Shown one piece after another: positions 48,541 to 61,931 of a stretch of 64,000 nt of DNA. Under the pieces are notes generated by a model, which saw nothing but the letters and a program-made list of their open reading frames with translations, had not been told where the DNA came from and searched no databases. The translations under genes and the position numbers were made by a program. The first letter of the stretch is position 1. Every line of letters begins with the position of its first letter. The DNA comes from Isurus oxyrinchus (lineage: Eukaryota). The stretch is taken from NCBI GenBank assembly GCA_026770705.1, contig JANJGN010000140.1:62001-126000 (forward strand), written 5' to 3'.

Positions 48541-51042
48541 TCGTCACCAAGACTGCCCATTTGCACTTCAGTATCATCCAACTCCATCCTAGTCTCAGTT
48601 GCTCTGCAGCTGAAATTCTTATCTATTCATTTGTTACCTATAGACTTAACTATCCTAACGCAATCCCAGCCGGCCTCCTACATTAAACCTCCCTGTGATC
48701 TTGAGGTCATTCAAAACTCTGCTGCCCATGTATTTACTCCACCAAGTCTTGTTCACTCATCACCATCATGGTCTCTGAGGTACAAAGTTTCCAGGCTAAG
48801 AAGCACTTAAATTTTAAATGTATCATTTTTGCTTTCAAATCTCTTCAGGATATCGCTCCTTCCTATCTCTGTGATCTTCTCCAGCCTCATAACCTCCAAG
48901 ATAATTCTTAAAACCTATCTCTGACCAAACTTTTGGTCATCTGCCCAAACATCTCCTTCTGTGGGGTCAGTGGCAAAAGTTGCTTCATAAAACTCCTGTG
49001 AAACACTTTGGAGTTTTCTATTACACGAAAGGCGCCATATAAACACACATTGTTGTTGATTTGGACATGTCACCATTCCTTAATCATCACTGAGTGAAAT
49101 TACTGTAACTCCTTATCTCACAGAAATGTTGGAGCAGTTTACCACACAGACTGCAAAGGTTCAAGGTCAAGCATCATCTTCTTCTCTGGTAACAGTGTTA
49201 TACAATTCTATGACTCAATGATTCTTTACAGACATTCCCTGTTCGTCAGCATGTTCCCTTGCTTTTTAAGCAGTCCATGCTCAGTCATTATTTCCTTCAT
49301 TTGCCCCAACTGACACAGGTGATCCTTGAGATTTCAGTGCCACTAACAAGACCAGCAGTGGATATTGCCCATCCCCATTTTCCTGTGGGGAAGATGATGT
49401 TTGACCTTTTTGAACTTCTGCTACCCATGTGAAGGTGCTCCCACAATGTTGTTAGAAAGGGATTAAAAGAACGTTTCACCCTATGGTGATGAAGGAACAG
49501 TAATACATATCCAAACCAACAATAATTTATATTTATATAGCATCTTTCATGTAATTGAATGTTCCAAAGCATTGTGCAGCAGAAATATTACAAAACAACA
49601 TTTGACACCGAGCCACATAAGGAGATATTAGTGCAGGTGACCAAAAGCTTTGTGAAAGAGTAAGGCTAAGGAGTATCTTAAAGGAAGAAAGTGAATAGAG
49701 ATGTGGGGAGGTTTAGCGAAGAAATTTCAGAGCTTGGGACCTCGGAAACTTAAAGAACGGCAACCAGTGGTGGAGTGATTAATTGAGAATGGTCGAGAGA
49801 TCAGGATTAGATCAGCGCAGTGATCACAAAGGGTTGTGGGCTTGGAGGAGATCACAGAGGAAGGGGTGATTGCAGCCACAGCGGGATTTGAAAACAAGGA
49901 TGAGAATTTTAAAATTTTGGTTCTTCTTAAACGTGAGCCTTTTTAGGTCAGCGAGCACAGAGGTGATGAGTGAGCAAGACTTACTGCAAACAAACACATG
50001 GGTAGCAGAGTGTTACATCACCTCAAGTTTACTGGAGACATGAATGTGGGAGGCTGGCCTGGGGTCCGTAGGGTAGTTAATTCTAGAGATAATAAAGGAA
50101 TGGATGACAGTTTCAGAATTGGGTGAGCTGAGACTAGGACAGGGTTCGGTGATGTTACTGAGGTGGGAATCAGCGGTCTTGGTGATGATGCAGATATGTT
50201 TGAAGCATGACATCAAGTTTGAGAAGAATCTGGTTCAGCCTCAGACAATTGCCGGGGAGCGGGAAGGAACCAGTGGCTAAGGAGTGACGTTTGTAGGGGT
50301 GTCGGAGGGAGGTGGGGGGGGGGGGGGGGTGGTGGGGTGGGGGTGGCGCTTAAGACAATGGCTTTAATTTTTCCAATATTTAATTGGAGGACATTTCTGT
50401 TCATGCAGCACTGGATGCCAGATAAGTCAGGATGGTGTGCTGCTTTCACATACACTTGTTACCTTGCTCCTTCTAGCTGGTGTAGATTCAGGGCTCGGGA
50501 TGTTCTGTCAAAGTTCTGGTCGAGTTGATATGAAATCCCTCTCTTTCACTCCTGCCACTCTCACCTCTCTCTCTCTCTCTCTCTCTCTCTGTGTCTCTCT
50601 CTCCATCTCTCTCTCCCACTCTTTCCCTCTGAACCTTACCCTCTCACGTCACTCTCTGTCACTCCTTTTGCATATCTCCCTTATTTTCTCTCTCTATCTC
50701 CATCTTTATCTCCCCCTTTCTCCTCCTATAGAGGCCTTGTGTAGGCCCAGACTGACTCTGATGAACATTAGTGAACCAGTTGAATTGTTTCGTCAATCCA
50801 ACAGCATTGAATGTCATTTTCCCTCGTGTCAGTCCAGAAATTTCCAACATTTCTGTTCAATTTTACAATCTGCCTTTGTGTTTCTGTGGGTTCGCTCTCA
50901 CTCCATTTTTTCTGTTTTACATCATTTTCACAGTGTATTAAGAGGGGAAGATTTGCAGTCAGGAAACTCAAACCAAACATCACACTAGGATCTAACTGAG
51001 TCATCCAATTTATCGTAGCCTGAATATCATCAGAGTTTGAAC

Positions 51043-51240
51043 ATGGAAGGAAACATGCAACGTTCACAGTGGGGAGAAACCATACGCGTGTTCTGTGTGT
51101 GGACGAAGATTCAAGGGATCATCTGGCCTGCCGAAATACAAGTGTAGTTACACTGACGAGAATCTGTGGAAATGTGGGGAACGGGAGGAAGAATTGAGCC
51201 ACCCATCTTAGCTGGAAATTCACCAGTGCAGTCACACTGT

Positions 51241-51276
<36 letters not shown>

Positions 51277-51402
51277 GGGGGGGGGGGGGAGTTATTAACC
51301 TGCTCCATTTGTGGGAAGGGATTCACTCATATATCCATCGGCTGAGACACCAGCAAATTCACACTGGGGAGAGGCCATTAACCTGCTCTGAGAGTGGGAA
51401 GG
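51043..51402 (+). pseudogene. C2H2 zinc-finger gene relic
   Basis: HSGEKPYACSVCGRRF...; CSICGKGF; HQQIHTGERPLTCSESGK; contains stops, frameshifts and a poly-G interruption. Confidence 0.75.
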
Positions 51403-52319
51403 AAAAACATCACAGCAAGTTAACTGTCTGAATGCAATGGGAGAGAAGGGAATTAACCACCAGAAACACAAGAGTCCAGTGCTTTCCCATCAAACATCAA
51501 TAACATCATTCACAGATTCCATTTCTTAGCTGCACCTCCTTCCAAACATTGTGATCTATTTTCCTCAGGATGTGTTCCTGGATTTAATATTGACCTGCTT
51601 TGTGACCTCATTCTGAAATCAGATTCGCTTCAATCTCCAACACAAATTGAGTTACAAACCTGACAGACAAACAATGGAAAACAAGTCAGTCGGTAACACA
51701 AATCCCATGGTGCTCATTTTCAGATTCACAACAGTCAACTTTTAAATAAAAAGATGGTATTTCAGTGAAAAGATTTTGAATGTTGTCTTTATTTGTGACT
51801 CCCTCACTCGGGTATTCTGTGAATGCTGCTCGGAGGTTTAGTGACCGGAATATAATCTACCAGTGTTTTCCTGAGCCTATGCTCGGTGTATAGGGAGGTT
51901 TAGCCCGTGTTGGAGTGTCTTGCATCCAAGGGATGGAGAGTAACCCGCTGACTGAAGCTGCAGTCGCCACTTTCTGCTGGCAGAGGGTGATTGGAGAGTG
52001 CGGGGCCGGAATATTGCTGCTTCTCTGCTCTTCCCTGTCCCACTCACTGTGGAGCTGAGGAAGAGAGAATCACTGATGGGTTTGTTCGAATCTCATAACT
52101 TCATATATTTCCAATGGGTTATATAGAGGTACATGGCAGGTCTGATCATTTTCTCTTTACATCTTAAATATTCGTAAGAATGCAACTCTTCATGTGGGAT
52201 CACTGAATAACAGAAGCATGAGCCTCGATTGTAGATTATTTGCTTGAAGCCAATATGCACGTTGACAACCCAGAGCTGTGGGGTGATGAATATGATGGGC
52301 TGACAAACAGTGAAATCTT

Positions 52320-52393
52320 CATCCCCGGGTGGTCTCGAACCACCAACCTTCCAGTTAACAGCCGAACATGCTGACCAATTGTGCCACAGAAAA
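52320..52393 (-). tRNA. tRNA-Asn(GTT), probably a pseudogene
   Basis: TTTTCTGTGGCACAATTGGTCAGCATGTTCGGCTGTTAACTGGAAGGTTGGTGGTTCGAGACCACCCGGGGATG; anticodon GTT and B box intact, but weak acceptor and anticodon stems. Confidence 0.75.
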
Positions 52394-54175
52394 AGTCGCA
52401 AGATCGATCCTTAAAGGTTCAGATGCCGCTATCAGAATGATCATTGTTCTTTCCGAGTTTTACTTTTCCAAAATAAAGGGTGAAACATTGATTTGGATAC
52501 ATGGAAACAGTCTGATCCCACCCACTGCAGCTACATTCATGTCACTAGGAGCCAGCTCTCCTACAGCCGGTGCCATCTCCCTTCGAGCTTTTTGGTGCCT
52601 TGTCTATCACCAAGTACTCTGATTGTCCCGAAACCAATATTCAGATTAAATTGCTGATGTGCAGTATGGAGAATCCTTTCAATGTCTCAGATCAGTTAAT
52701 TTCAATGATAGCATCAGAGTCATTGTTCTAGTGCCTTAAAGAAGGGAACAGTACCTTGAACGGTCAGTCGGACAGTTCACCCTTCATTCTCCTCTGATCC
52801 CAGTTCCCAAAGAGTTTTGAAAGATTTGCGAAGCTGGAGACTGGGTTTTCTGCTTTGGTTCCTTTTCCATCTTCCCAACTGCCAGCTGGCAATATTTTCT
52901 AAAATCTCATTGCAATTTTCCACCTTACATCATGTCCATAGATGAGGAAATTCAGTTTTGTGGGGAGATTATAGAGGTCGCGATTGTTCCCTTTCGAGCA
53001 AAGGATGTTAAACAAAGATTTCATGGAGCTTTTGAAAGTGATGGAACAATATTGAAAGAGGTGCAGGAGTTTTGCAGTGCCCATGCGCACTGTGTGATCA
53101 TTAATAAAGTTTCCTTGACCCAATGACATCAAGAGTTGAGCTTTAGGTTCCGATATAGTTTTTGAACCATAAATGTATTTATGTTGCTGATTTCATACCG
53201 AACTTTCCAAAGAGATTGATTCAGATCAAGCATGTCCTCGTTTTTCTCAGTCGCCCTATACAATCTAATTCCTCTTGCTCTACACCCTGTGACAGAGACT
53301 GTTATAGAAAAGACGGAAAGGTTTGCTGCAGCGATAAAAAGCCCTGGTTAGATCACACCTGGAGGACTGTGGATAGTTCTGGGAACGGCACCTTATAAAG
53401 GATCAATATTTGCCTTGAAAGTTTCAGAGGAGCCGCATTGATTGTGTTGGTGGCTTTGGAAATTGAAAGTTGTCCATCCGCAGCTTGTGGCACTATTTCC
53501 CCTCAATGTTCACTTCATGTTCATGTTGAACACACTCGAGGCTGTTATTGGCTGAACAAGTCTTCTGTGTTATAACTAAACAGGCTGTTATCCGGCGCTC
53601 CCGCTCCTGCCGCCCGGGTTTGGCCTTCATCAGGGAATGTTGTTTTCTTGTTGCTGTGTGAACTGTCACAATGAACTGATCCTGGAGTCCCTTTCCCCCA
53701 GGATCTAGAAAACCCGTCACTTCTCTTCCTTCATTCTCATTCTTTCATTCCCAGCTTGAGTCGGTTCTCCTTTCGGGCTCTTTAACAAATCCATTTGGAC
53801 AGACAAGTGGCAGCTGAAATTTAATGGAAGGAAATGTGAAATGATTCATTTTGGTCGGAGAGGAGAGGAAACAGAAAATAATGTTACAATTTTAAAGGGG
53901 CTCCTGTGTTGCACAGTGAGTGGTTCGGATCAGGAATGTATCAATTCGGCTCAGTTCCACGAGGGGATGGATGCATTTTTACCATCGCAAACTTCATTCA
54001 CATTAGTTGTGTAGCTTCACATTAAAAAGGTTCAGGGAGAAAAAACAGGCTGGGAAGATGCAAGAGGAGATTATTTCTTTCTGTATGTTTTTACACTGGA
54101 GGCCGTTCAGTTACTGAGCGTTACAAAGTGGACGGCGATTGAAATTTCCAGTTAAGGCAATGCGAATTTTTAGAC

Positions 54176-54257
54176 GTCGCAGTGGCCGAGCGGTCTAAGG
54201 CACTGGATTTAAGTTTCAGTCTGTATGGAGGCGTGGGTTGAAATCCCATCGCTGCCA
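54176..54257 (+). tRNA. tRNA-Leu(TAG-type)-derived pseudogene, anticodon now TAA
   Basis: gtggccgagcggtctaaggcactggatttaagtttcagtc...ggaggcgtgggttgaaatcccatcgctgcca; T-loop TTC mutated. Confidence 0.7.
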
Positions 54258-55271
54258 GAGTTTCAGACTGTCTGTATTTTCAATCAATTTTGCCACAGCC
54301 TTCAGTCATTGAGGTGGAGAGGGCTGCAGCACAGAAAAAGGCCCTTCGGCCCATCGAGTCTGCGCCGGTCAAACAAATACCGAACTATTCTAATCCTAAT
54401 ACTTCTTAAATGTTATGGGGGTTTCTGCCTCTACCACTCTTTAAGGCAGTGAGTTCCAGATTCCCACCACCCTCTGGGTGCGAAAATTCTTCCTCGCATC
54501 CCCTCTAAACTTCCTAACCTTTACCCTAAAATCTGTCCACCAAGGGGAAAAGTTCGTTCCTGTGTGCCCTATTATGCCCCTCATAATTTTATGCACCTCA
54601 ATCATGTCCCCCTGTGTGCGCTCGGTGCGCAGTGCTCCATACTGGCGGGAAGTTCGAGAAGAGGCAGCAGAAATTGCAGGACAGCCAGGAATAGATGGGG
54701 CTGCATTTCTTCATTCCCTTCTGTAACCACTCTGTCATTTTATGTACTGAACATTAAAAGGTACATGGCGACGATATACGGAACTGACTTGCTTATGTAA
54801 TGGGTTTGAAACCCTTTAGAGTTTCCTGATACAGGTGAAAATCCGACATTTTGAACCTGCAATCTACATTTAGTAGTTTACATTTCTCACTGTTCCTGTT
54901 TTAAGAATGAGTTACAGAATTGATTATCTATTAAATGGACTAAAAAAACTTTCAAACGCTTCCCTGTATTTTTCATTTCCGTTCATCTGTTGGCACTCAC
55001 CAAATATGCAGTTGGAAATGGAACAAAAACGGAGCCAATTTGGTGACATGCTTGCTTTCTGGATGTTTGTCTCTCCTTAGGCTGCTGCCACCTATCGGTG
55101 TCAATGTCTGTGTGTGTTCCTCTCCGTGTGTCAATGTGATTCAGTTCCCTGAGGGGGATGAATGCATTTTTACCATCATAAACTTTACTCACTTTCATTG
55201 TGCATCTTCATGGTAAATGGCACAGAGAATAACAGTAGGTTTAAAAGCTGGAAGAGGACTTTAACCTTTCT

Positions 55272-55350
55272 GGCGCTGTTGGCGTAACCTGTGGTTAAAA
55301 TAGTGGACTTATCAAGCTAGATGCCGTGAGTTCGATCCCTTCTGGTGCCT
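55272..55350 (+). tRNA. Degenerate tRNA-like relic (Thr-like ends)
   Basis: ggcgctg...tggttaaa...gagttcgatccc...ggtgcct. Confidence 0.4.
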
Positions 55351-55379
55351 GTGGATAAACTTTAGCAGATGGAAGCGGT

Positions 55380-56170
55380 GGAAATGTAAACTGTGGGGAG
55401 GAGTATCTCGGCTGTGAAGAGATTTAGGCATGTCAGGTGAACAAGGATAGAACATGGGAGAATACTTTCCAGATGTGCAAAGCTATTATGAAGGTCTGAC
55501 AGAAATTGAAAAAGTGCTGAACCATTTAGGCACCACAAGGAAAACTAATAGAACGTTATCATTTGCTGTGAGGGGGAATTGAAGTAAGAAGGTTTTACTT
55601 CAGTTGTACAGGACAGTGATATCAGGAGTACAGTGTAGGGTATTGGCCTCCTTATTTAAGGAAAATGTAAATGTGTTAGAAGCAATTCAGAGAAGGCTTA
55701 CTGAACTAATACCAAGAATGGGCGGCTTGTCTTGTGAGGAAAGGTGGCAGGTTAGGCCTGCATCCACTGGAGTTTAGAAGGCTAAGAGGCGACTTGATCG
55801 AAATCTTTCAGATCCCGAGGGGTCTTGACAGGGTGGATGCGGAGAGGATCTTGCGTCTTGTGGGAGAATTTAGAACTAGGGGTCACTGTTTAAAAATAAG
55901 GGGTCGCTCATTTAAGACAGAGATGAGAGAAGTGTTTTTTCTCAGAGGGTCGTGAGTACTTGTAACTCTTTCTTTCAAAAGGCAGTGGAAGCAGAGTCTT
56001 TGAATATTTTTAAGGCAGAGCTAGATTGATTCTTTATCAACAAGATGGTGAAAGGTTATCGGGGTAAGCAGCAGGTTTCAATCAGATCAGCTGTGATCTT
56101 ATTGAATGGCGGAGAAGGCTTGAAGGGCCGAGTGTCCTACTCCTGCTCCGAGTTCATATGTTCACATGTT
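55380..56170 (+). mobile_element. CR1 LINE 3' portion
   Basis: ORF 55734-55955 RLGLHPLEFRRLRGDLIEIFQI...RTRGHCLKIRG; CR1 3' tail cctactcctgctcc. Confidence 0.8.
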
Positions 56171-56566
56171 CTTTGAGTCCAGTCTTCTTCCTGGCTCAGT
56201 GCGCAAAGGCCAAAAAGTCAAGGATGATTGAAATTTTCACTGAGCAACATGTAAACTGACAGTGGATTCACTCGGTGCGATGTGTTCCAGTTCAAAATGT
56301 GCAATCATAGAATCAATTCATATTTGTTGTTTTGAACCCAATATTTCTAATGGGCTGGATGTAATGCACATGTTTGATCTAATTTATACCATTTACAAAA
56401 ATAAATATTCGAAAACTATTTGTGTGGGAAGTTACTGGATAACAGCAGGCCTGGAAATGGAGCAGAGAGAGACGATCCCTGGGGTGATGTTCAGTGAGTT
56501 TGGAAGAAAGGTATGAGAGGGAATGGGGTAGGGAGAAAAGATCCCTGGGGCGATGTTCCGTGCATT

Positions 56567-56810
56567 CAAAACAAAAACAGAATTACCTGGAAAAACTCAG
56601 GAGGTCTGGCAGCATCGGCAGAGAAGAAAAGAGTTGACATTTCGAGTCCTCATGAACCTTCAACAGACCTAATCATAGTTCTGTTGAAGGGTCATGAGGA
56701 CTCGAAACGTCAATTCTTTTCTTCTCCGCCGATGCTGCCAGACCTGCTGAGTTTTTCCAGGTAATTCTGTTTTTGTTTTGGATTTCCAGCATCCGCAGTT
56801 TTTTGTTTTT
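56567..56810. mobile_element. Inverted pair of Penelope-like terminal fragments (hairpin)
   Basis: 56567-56667 and 56680-56780 are near-perfect reverse complements with a 12-nt spacer. Confidence 0.7.
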
Positions 56811-58036
56811 ATTTCCGTGAATTTAGTTGTTTATTGCGCCTGGCAGGCCGCAGGGCCTGGGAATTTCCACGATTTGTGCTCCCTGGTGTTCCTAATAAGC
56901 CCCAAACTGTGGTAATAATTTGCAGGATTACTGCTCGATAACGTGTCTGTGTCAGATCGGCCCTAGTCTCTAGGAATCTTCCCATGGTTTGGGTCAACGG
57001 TTCAGTCTGCGGTATTTGTGTATTTTTTGTTATTCATTTATGTGATGTGGGCATGGCTGTCTGGGCCAGCATTTATTGCCCATCCCTAATTGCCTTGAGA
57101 AGGTGGATTGTGACGTCTCTGCCTTGTGAGTGTTTAACTGGACAAGGTACAGAGAATCCAGGTGAATGCTCTGGGCGCATGGATTCAAATCCCAACATGA
57201 CAGCTGCTGGAATGTGAATTCAATTATTAAAACCTGGGATTGAAAACTAGCCTCAGTAATGGTGACCATGACAACTATCACCGATTGTCGTAAAAATCCA
57301 TCTGCTGCACTAATGTCCTTTAGTGAAGGAAATCTGCTACCCCTACCCGGCCTGGCCGACATGTGATTCCAGCTCGACAGCAATGTGACTGACACTCAAC
57401 TGCCCTCTTAAATGGCCTCGGAAGCTGGGCTGTTCTGGGCGGTCTTGCCAGCGACACCCACACCTCATGAAAGGGTAAAGAGATAAAACAAAACCTTTTA
57501 CCCCCTATCTAACCCCCTGCTGCACCGACCCTGGGAGTGTTTGATGGGACAGTGTAAAGGAAACTTTCGTCCTCCATATACTGCCCTGTATGGGCCTCTG
57601 ATGAAGCAGATCACTGCTGTTTACTATTACTTGACTTGTGACTGTGACAGACCTGAGTATGAGTGAAATCGCCGAGGCTCCCCTCGCTGTGCAATCATCC
57701 TGGCTCTGGGGTTTGCCATAAAAAGGCAGAGGTAAAGGCATGTTAACACTGATGGGTCGCTGGATGGCGCAGTGACTCTTTCACTGAAGGACATTGGGCT
57801 CTGCAGAAGAGTCATGAGGACTCGAAACGTTAACTCTTTTTTTCCTCCACAGATGCTGTTGGGCCTGCAGAGTTTTTTCAGCATTTTCTGTTTTTGATTC
57901 TCATCCCAAACAGGAAAGATTAAAAACACCTGCCTGGGAGAGAGGAGGAATGAGTGTAATAGGGGTATAAATGGAGCGGTGTCGATGGGCCTGGGGGAAA
58001 GAAGCTCAGCAAAGTCAGTTCGTTTCACAATCATGA

Positions 58037-58042
58037 TTTATT
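58037..58042 (-). terminator. Candidate poly(A) signal of membrane IgM mRNA
   Basis: AATAAA on the - strand ~450 nt after the TM2 stop. Confidence 0.5.
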
Positions 58043-58493
58043 GACAATTTCGGAGAACATTTTCCAGAAAAGTTTATTTTAAAGTCAACTCGACTGAATA
58101 TATGACTGAGAGTCATACTGAGAACAGAACACATTCGCTCTGAGTTGCCAACTGTATGTACAGCTGTAACAGAGACCAGAAAGAGAAAACAGGAGTTCAA
58201 CATAAAGGGAAGGGAATAATTGTGAATGAGGAATGAGAAAATCTACTTATTTACACATGGAATTCAAACAACTGGGGAATTATAAGCTACAATTACAACA
58301 CAGCCATAATTATCTCGCACATTTCAAACAGAGAAACGGAAATACCGTCCATGACTGTCTTAGCTACAAATTCAAAAACATGAACTGAAGGTGATTCATT
58401 TTTAGATTCACTGAGAGGACATATTTTAAATTCGTAATACAGAGATCTCAATAAAGAGCTGAGGAAAATCTACGGTGTCCAAAATTCAACCGG

Positions 58494-58502
58494 TCACTTG
58501 AT
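58494..58502 (-). CDS. IGHM: IgM heavy chain TM2 exon (IK*)
   Basis: cttttgcag|ATC AAG TGA; gives cytoplasmic tail KIK. Confidence 0.85.
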   Translation of the reverse strand: MK

Positions 58503-58640
58503 CTGCAAAAGAGGATAAAATAATGAAGCAGATGTTTAGAATGTGGGACATTTATGTTAGTGTATTAATCAATGAAACATTGACAGATTTTTCAAACCCC
58601 TTCTGTCAGTTTGAAGTGTGAGTGGATTGAATCTTCTCAC

Positions 58641-58768
58641 CTTCGCCAGAGTGACGGCAGTGCTGTAGAAAATGCTCAGGAAGAACAGGATGATGAATGT
58701 GGAAGCGGTTGTCCAGATGTTGCCGTTATCATCCTCAGAGTCTTCAATCCAGATGCGGTCTGTGGAAT
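58641..58768 (-). CDS. IGHM: IgM heavy chain TM1 exon
   Basis: ccatag|[43 protein letters not shown]|gtgag; conserved antigen-receptor transmembrane motif. Confidence 0.95.
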
Positions 58769-59329
58769 CTATGGGGATATAACCGAGCGGATAGAATTAG
58801 ATTGTTTATTAATCTAGGATATATTTTTAAAAAATATTCTCTTTACTCTTTCCTAAGTTATTAATGTATTCTCTAATTTAATGTTCAATGTATATCTACT
58901 TTTAAGCTCGTGAACTTCAGCAACCTATCTCTGTAACTATCTCCACAGCTGTTCTTCCTTTACAATCCTCATACAGTCCGAATCGCAAAATATGGAAAAT
59001 TATCTCCAGTATCAGTTCTTTTTCGAACAATTTTGTACGATCTATTATTGGAGAATGTTATGATGGATAGCGAGAGAGATTCACTGAGCAACTTATTTGG
59101 AAACTGTGGATGTTGCTTTTTAAAATCTCGGCCGTGATTTCCCATCTTGTTTTTTTATTTGTTTTGGAAATGTTTGGTGCGTCATTAACTTAAATCAGTT
59201 TCTCAGTAAGAACATTGTTTCAGTGTGCTTTTTGCATCATTATGTAATAGGGACAATTTCCGGAGGATAAGTCGGTTAAAAAAGTACATTTGAGTTATAC
59301 TTTCTTCAATAGCCTGGCGTTTGTGTCAT

Positions 59330-60223
59330 GCTTTAGCTTTTGTGTATGTGTGCATGAGTATATCGTGCCTTTCATCACTCTTTGTTTCTGTGTCCATATG
59401 TGTGTATGAGTATTGAGGTGTGTTCATTTGCCAATGAGTGCTGACTTGTCATTTTTGTGTTTGCGTCTGCATGTATATTTTGTTTTTTTGTCAATATGTA
59501 TATATGAGTGTGTTATTGTGTGTGTTTATGCATTGATATCTAGGTTTATTTATTACTATCTGTGTTAATACGTGTTTATGCGTTCTTGTCTGCTAATATG
59601 AGAGTTAATGTTTCTTTTTGTGTTCCACGTATGTGTCAGCATATTAATGTCTGTGTCACAGCGTGTGTGTGTGAGTGTGTGTGTGTGCGTGCGAACGTGT
59701 GTGTGAGAGAGAATTTTTTATGTGTGCATTTGTGTGTTGATGGATATTTAGAACTATGTATCAATGTGTGTTTATGTTTTCATACGTATTAACGTGTGTT
59801 TTTTGTGTTCTCCTGTGTATAAGCATGTTTCATGTTTGTGTCTACATGTGTGCCTGTGAATGTGTTAGTCTCTTCCTCTATCTATTTGAATGTCTGGTTG
59901 TCATCTGCTCATGTGTGTGCATGTGTCCATGTGTATCGATGGACTTGTTTCAATCTGAATGATAGTGTGTGTCTTTTTGTCTGTATTTATGTCATTATGA
60001 ATGCGTGATTATGCATATTTGTGTCCTTATATGAGTCTGCTTGTCTGGTTTTATCTGTTTGTGTGTGCGTGATTGTGTATGTGTGTGTGTGTATGTGTAT
60101 GTGTGCATGCGCGTGTGTGTATTTGTGTTTGTGTGTGATTGTGTGCATGTGTGATTGTGTGTGCGTTTGTCTGTTTGCCTGTGTTTGTGTGTGTGTCTGT
60201 GCCTGTGTGTGTGTGTGTGCCTA

Positions 60224-60261
<38 letters not shown>

Positions 60262-60330
60262 TGCCTGTACTGTGTGTGTTTGTGTCTGCGTGTCTATGCC
60301 TATGTGTGTATGTATGTTTGTGTGCATTCA
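59330..60330. repeat. Degenerate (TG)n tract in the CH4-TM intron
   Basis: About 1 kb of TG-rich sequence. Confidence 0.9.
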
Positions 60331-60939
60331 TTTGGGTCCCAGGTGTGCATTTTTACTATTTTTCCGAGGTTCATCGGGTCCCAGCGATCGAGTCTGTCCC
60401 TGATAGTGAAAATTATATTTTCAATGTTCTGCATAAACGTGTTTTCTGTGAGATGCAAGGTGATATCAGGTGAACGAATGCAAACAATCAACCATCTGCC
60501 TCATAAAATTCAGGGGCAGAACCGTAAACAACCCAGGGAGGATTTAATAACCAGTTTAGATTCGGATGATGGAAAATCAATCTTAGCATAAGATTAACAG
60601 GAACAAGAGTGTTAAAACTTCTTAAAATTATGTTGCATAAATATATATTTTACAACATTTCAAGCATGATGGGACTTTAAAACCTGTGATCAGTAAGCTA
60701 GAAGCTGATTTCTGCTGTTGGTAACTGAGTCCTTACAGTAGAGACCTGTTCCTTTCAAGATTCTCTGCTCGGGGACTGAGAGTCCAGTGAGTTAATAGTT
60801 TTGCTCCGTCTGGTTGGCTAAGCAATTTCCTTTTCGGTTCTCTGTGCTGAGAAGGTGGAGACACATTGGGTTTACCTATGATCTTCCTCGTCTTTTTGTT
60901 TAGCGAGTGGAGGTAAAATTGGCTAAAAATTTTCCTTTC

Positions 60940-61115
60940 ACTTTTCTCTGTTGGGAAAGTGGGGTACAGTGGGTTAACAATTTCTCCTCCCCCTCTCTCT
61001 GTTGGGGAAGTGGGGGTACAGTGGGTTAACAATTTCCCTTCCCCCTCTCTCTGTTGGGGAAGTGGGGGGTACAGTGGGTTAACAATTTTCCTTCCCCCTC
61101 TCTCTGATGGGGGAT
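60940..61115. repeat. ~53-nt tandem repeat, about 3 copies
   Basis: ctctctgttggggaagtgggggtacagtgggttaacaatttcc.. repeated. Confidence 0.85.
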
Positions 61116-61497
61116 TGTTGGGACATGTTTCTCTGTGACCCTCACTTCCCAGTGGGTGTGATGCAGCAACTTAAAGCTGGCATCCACTTTAAAGGAATGG
61201 ACAATAAGAGAAGCAGGAACACCGAGATCTCAATGTGCTGAGTTTGTTTGCGAGAAATGGGAATGGTCAGATTTCTCCTCAGTGGGAGGTGATGTTATTT
61301 TGCAGAACCCCGTAATGAATGAGCTTTACTCTGTCTCTAACCCAGGGTGCATCTGAGCTGGGAGCACTGGATGTACAAGTCTTGGTTCTGAGCCCTGGAA
61401 ATATCCGATTTTAACTGAATAGGTCTAACATTAGCAAAAGTGGAAAACAACATTAATTGAGGAACCGTGCATTTAAATCACGATTGGAGAAAAGGAC

Positions 61498-61512
61498 TTT
61501 ATTTTTTTTATT
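61498..61512 (-). terminator. Poly(A) signals of secretory IgM mRNA
   Basis: Two AATAAA on the - strand (61507-61512, 61498-61503), 28-42 nt after the secretory stop. Confidence 0.75.
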
Positions 61513-61539
61513 GAAGTTTGAAATGTAACCAAGAGACTC

Positions 61540-61931
61540 TCATTGACATGAATTAACGGTGTCCATCAGTGCAAGGGAAATATTCACAAAACTCGGTTTA
61601 CCGCTGGATTTATCAACCGTTCTGTTGATGATCTTCAAGGGGATCGCTTCATGTCCCACCACACAGGAGTAAGAAGCGCCGCTGGCCCACTCCTCCGCTG
61701 CAATGGATAACAGGCTGTACATGAAGAAGGAGCGATTGCCGTTCTCCGCCACCACCTCGGTGTTCTTGTAGTTTCCGGGATTCACCGGCTTGTCATTGAC
61801 GGTCCACTTGACGAAGATCTCTCGGGGGGAGAAACCTCTCACTAAGCAGCTGAGGGAGACGTACCTCTGAGCGGAGACATCTTCTGCCGAGGGCAGGAGG
61901 ACAGACACGGATGGTTCCTGCGGATTTTTGT
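61540..61931 (-). CDS. IGHM: IgM heavy chain CH4 + secretory tailpiece
   Basis: [43 protein letters not shown]...[43 protein letters not shown]; internal donor G|GTAAAC at 61602/61601 for the membrane form; penultimate Cys. Confidence 0.97.

Noticed and set aside
51241-51289. Poly-G run inside the ZNF relic (also 50311-50346)
   Set aside because: Homopolymer expansion or sequencing artefact; no functional inference is possible.
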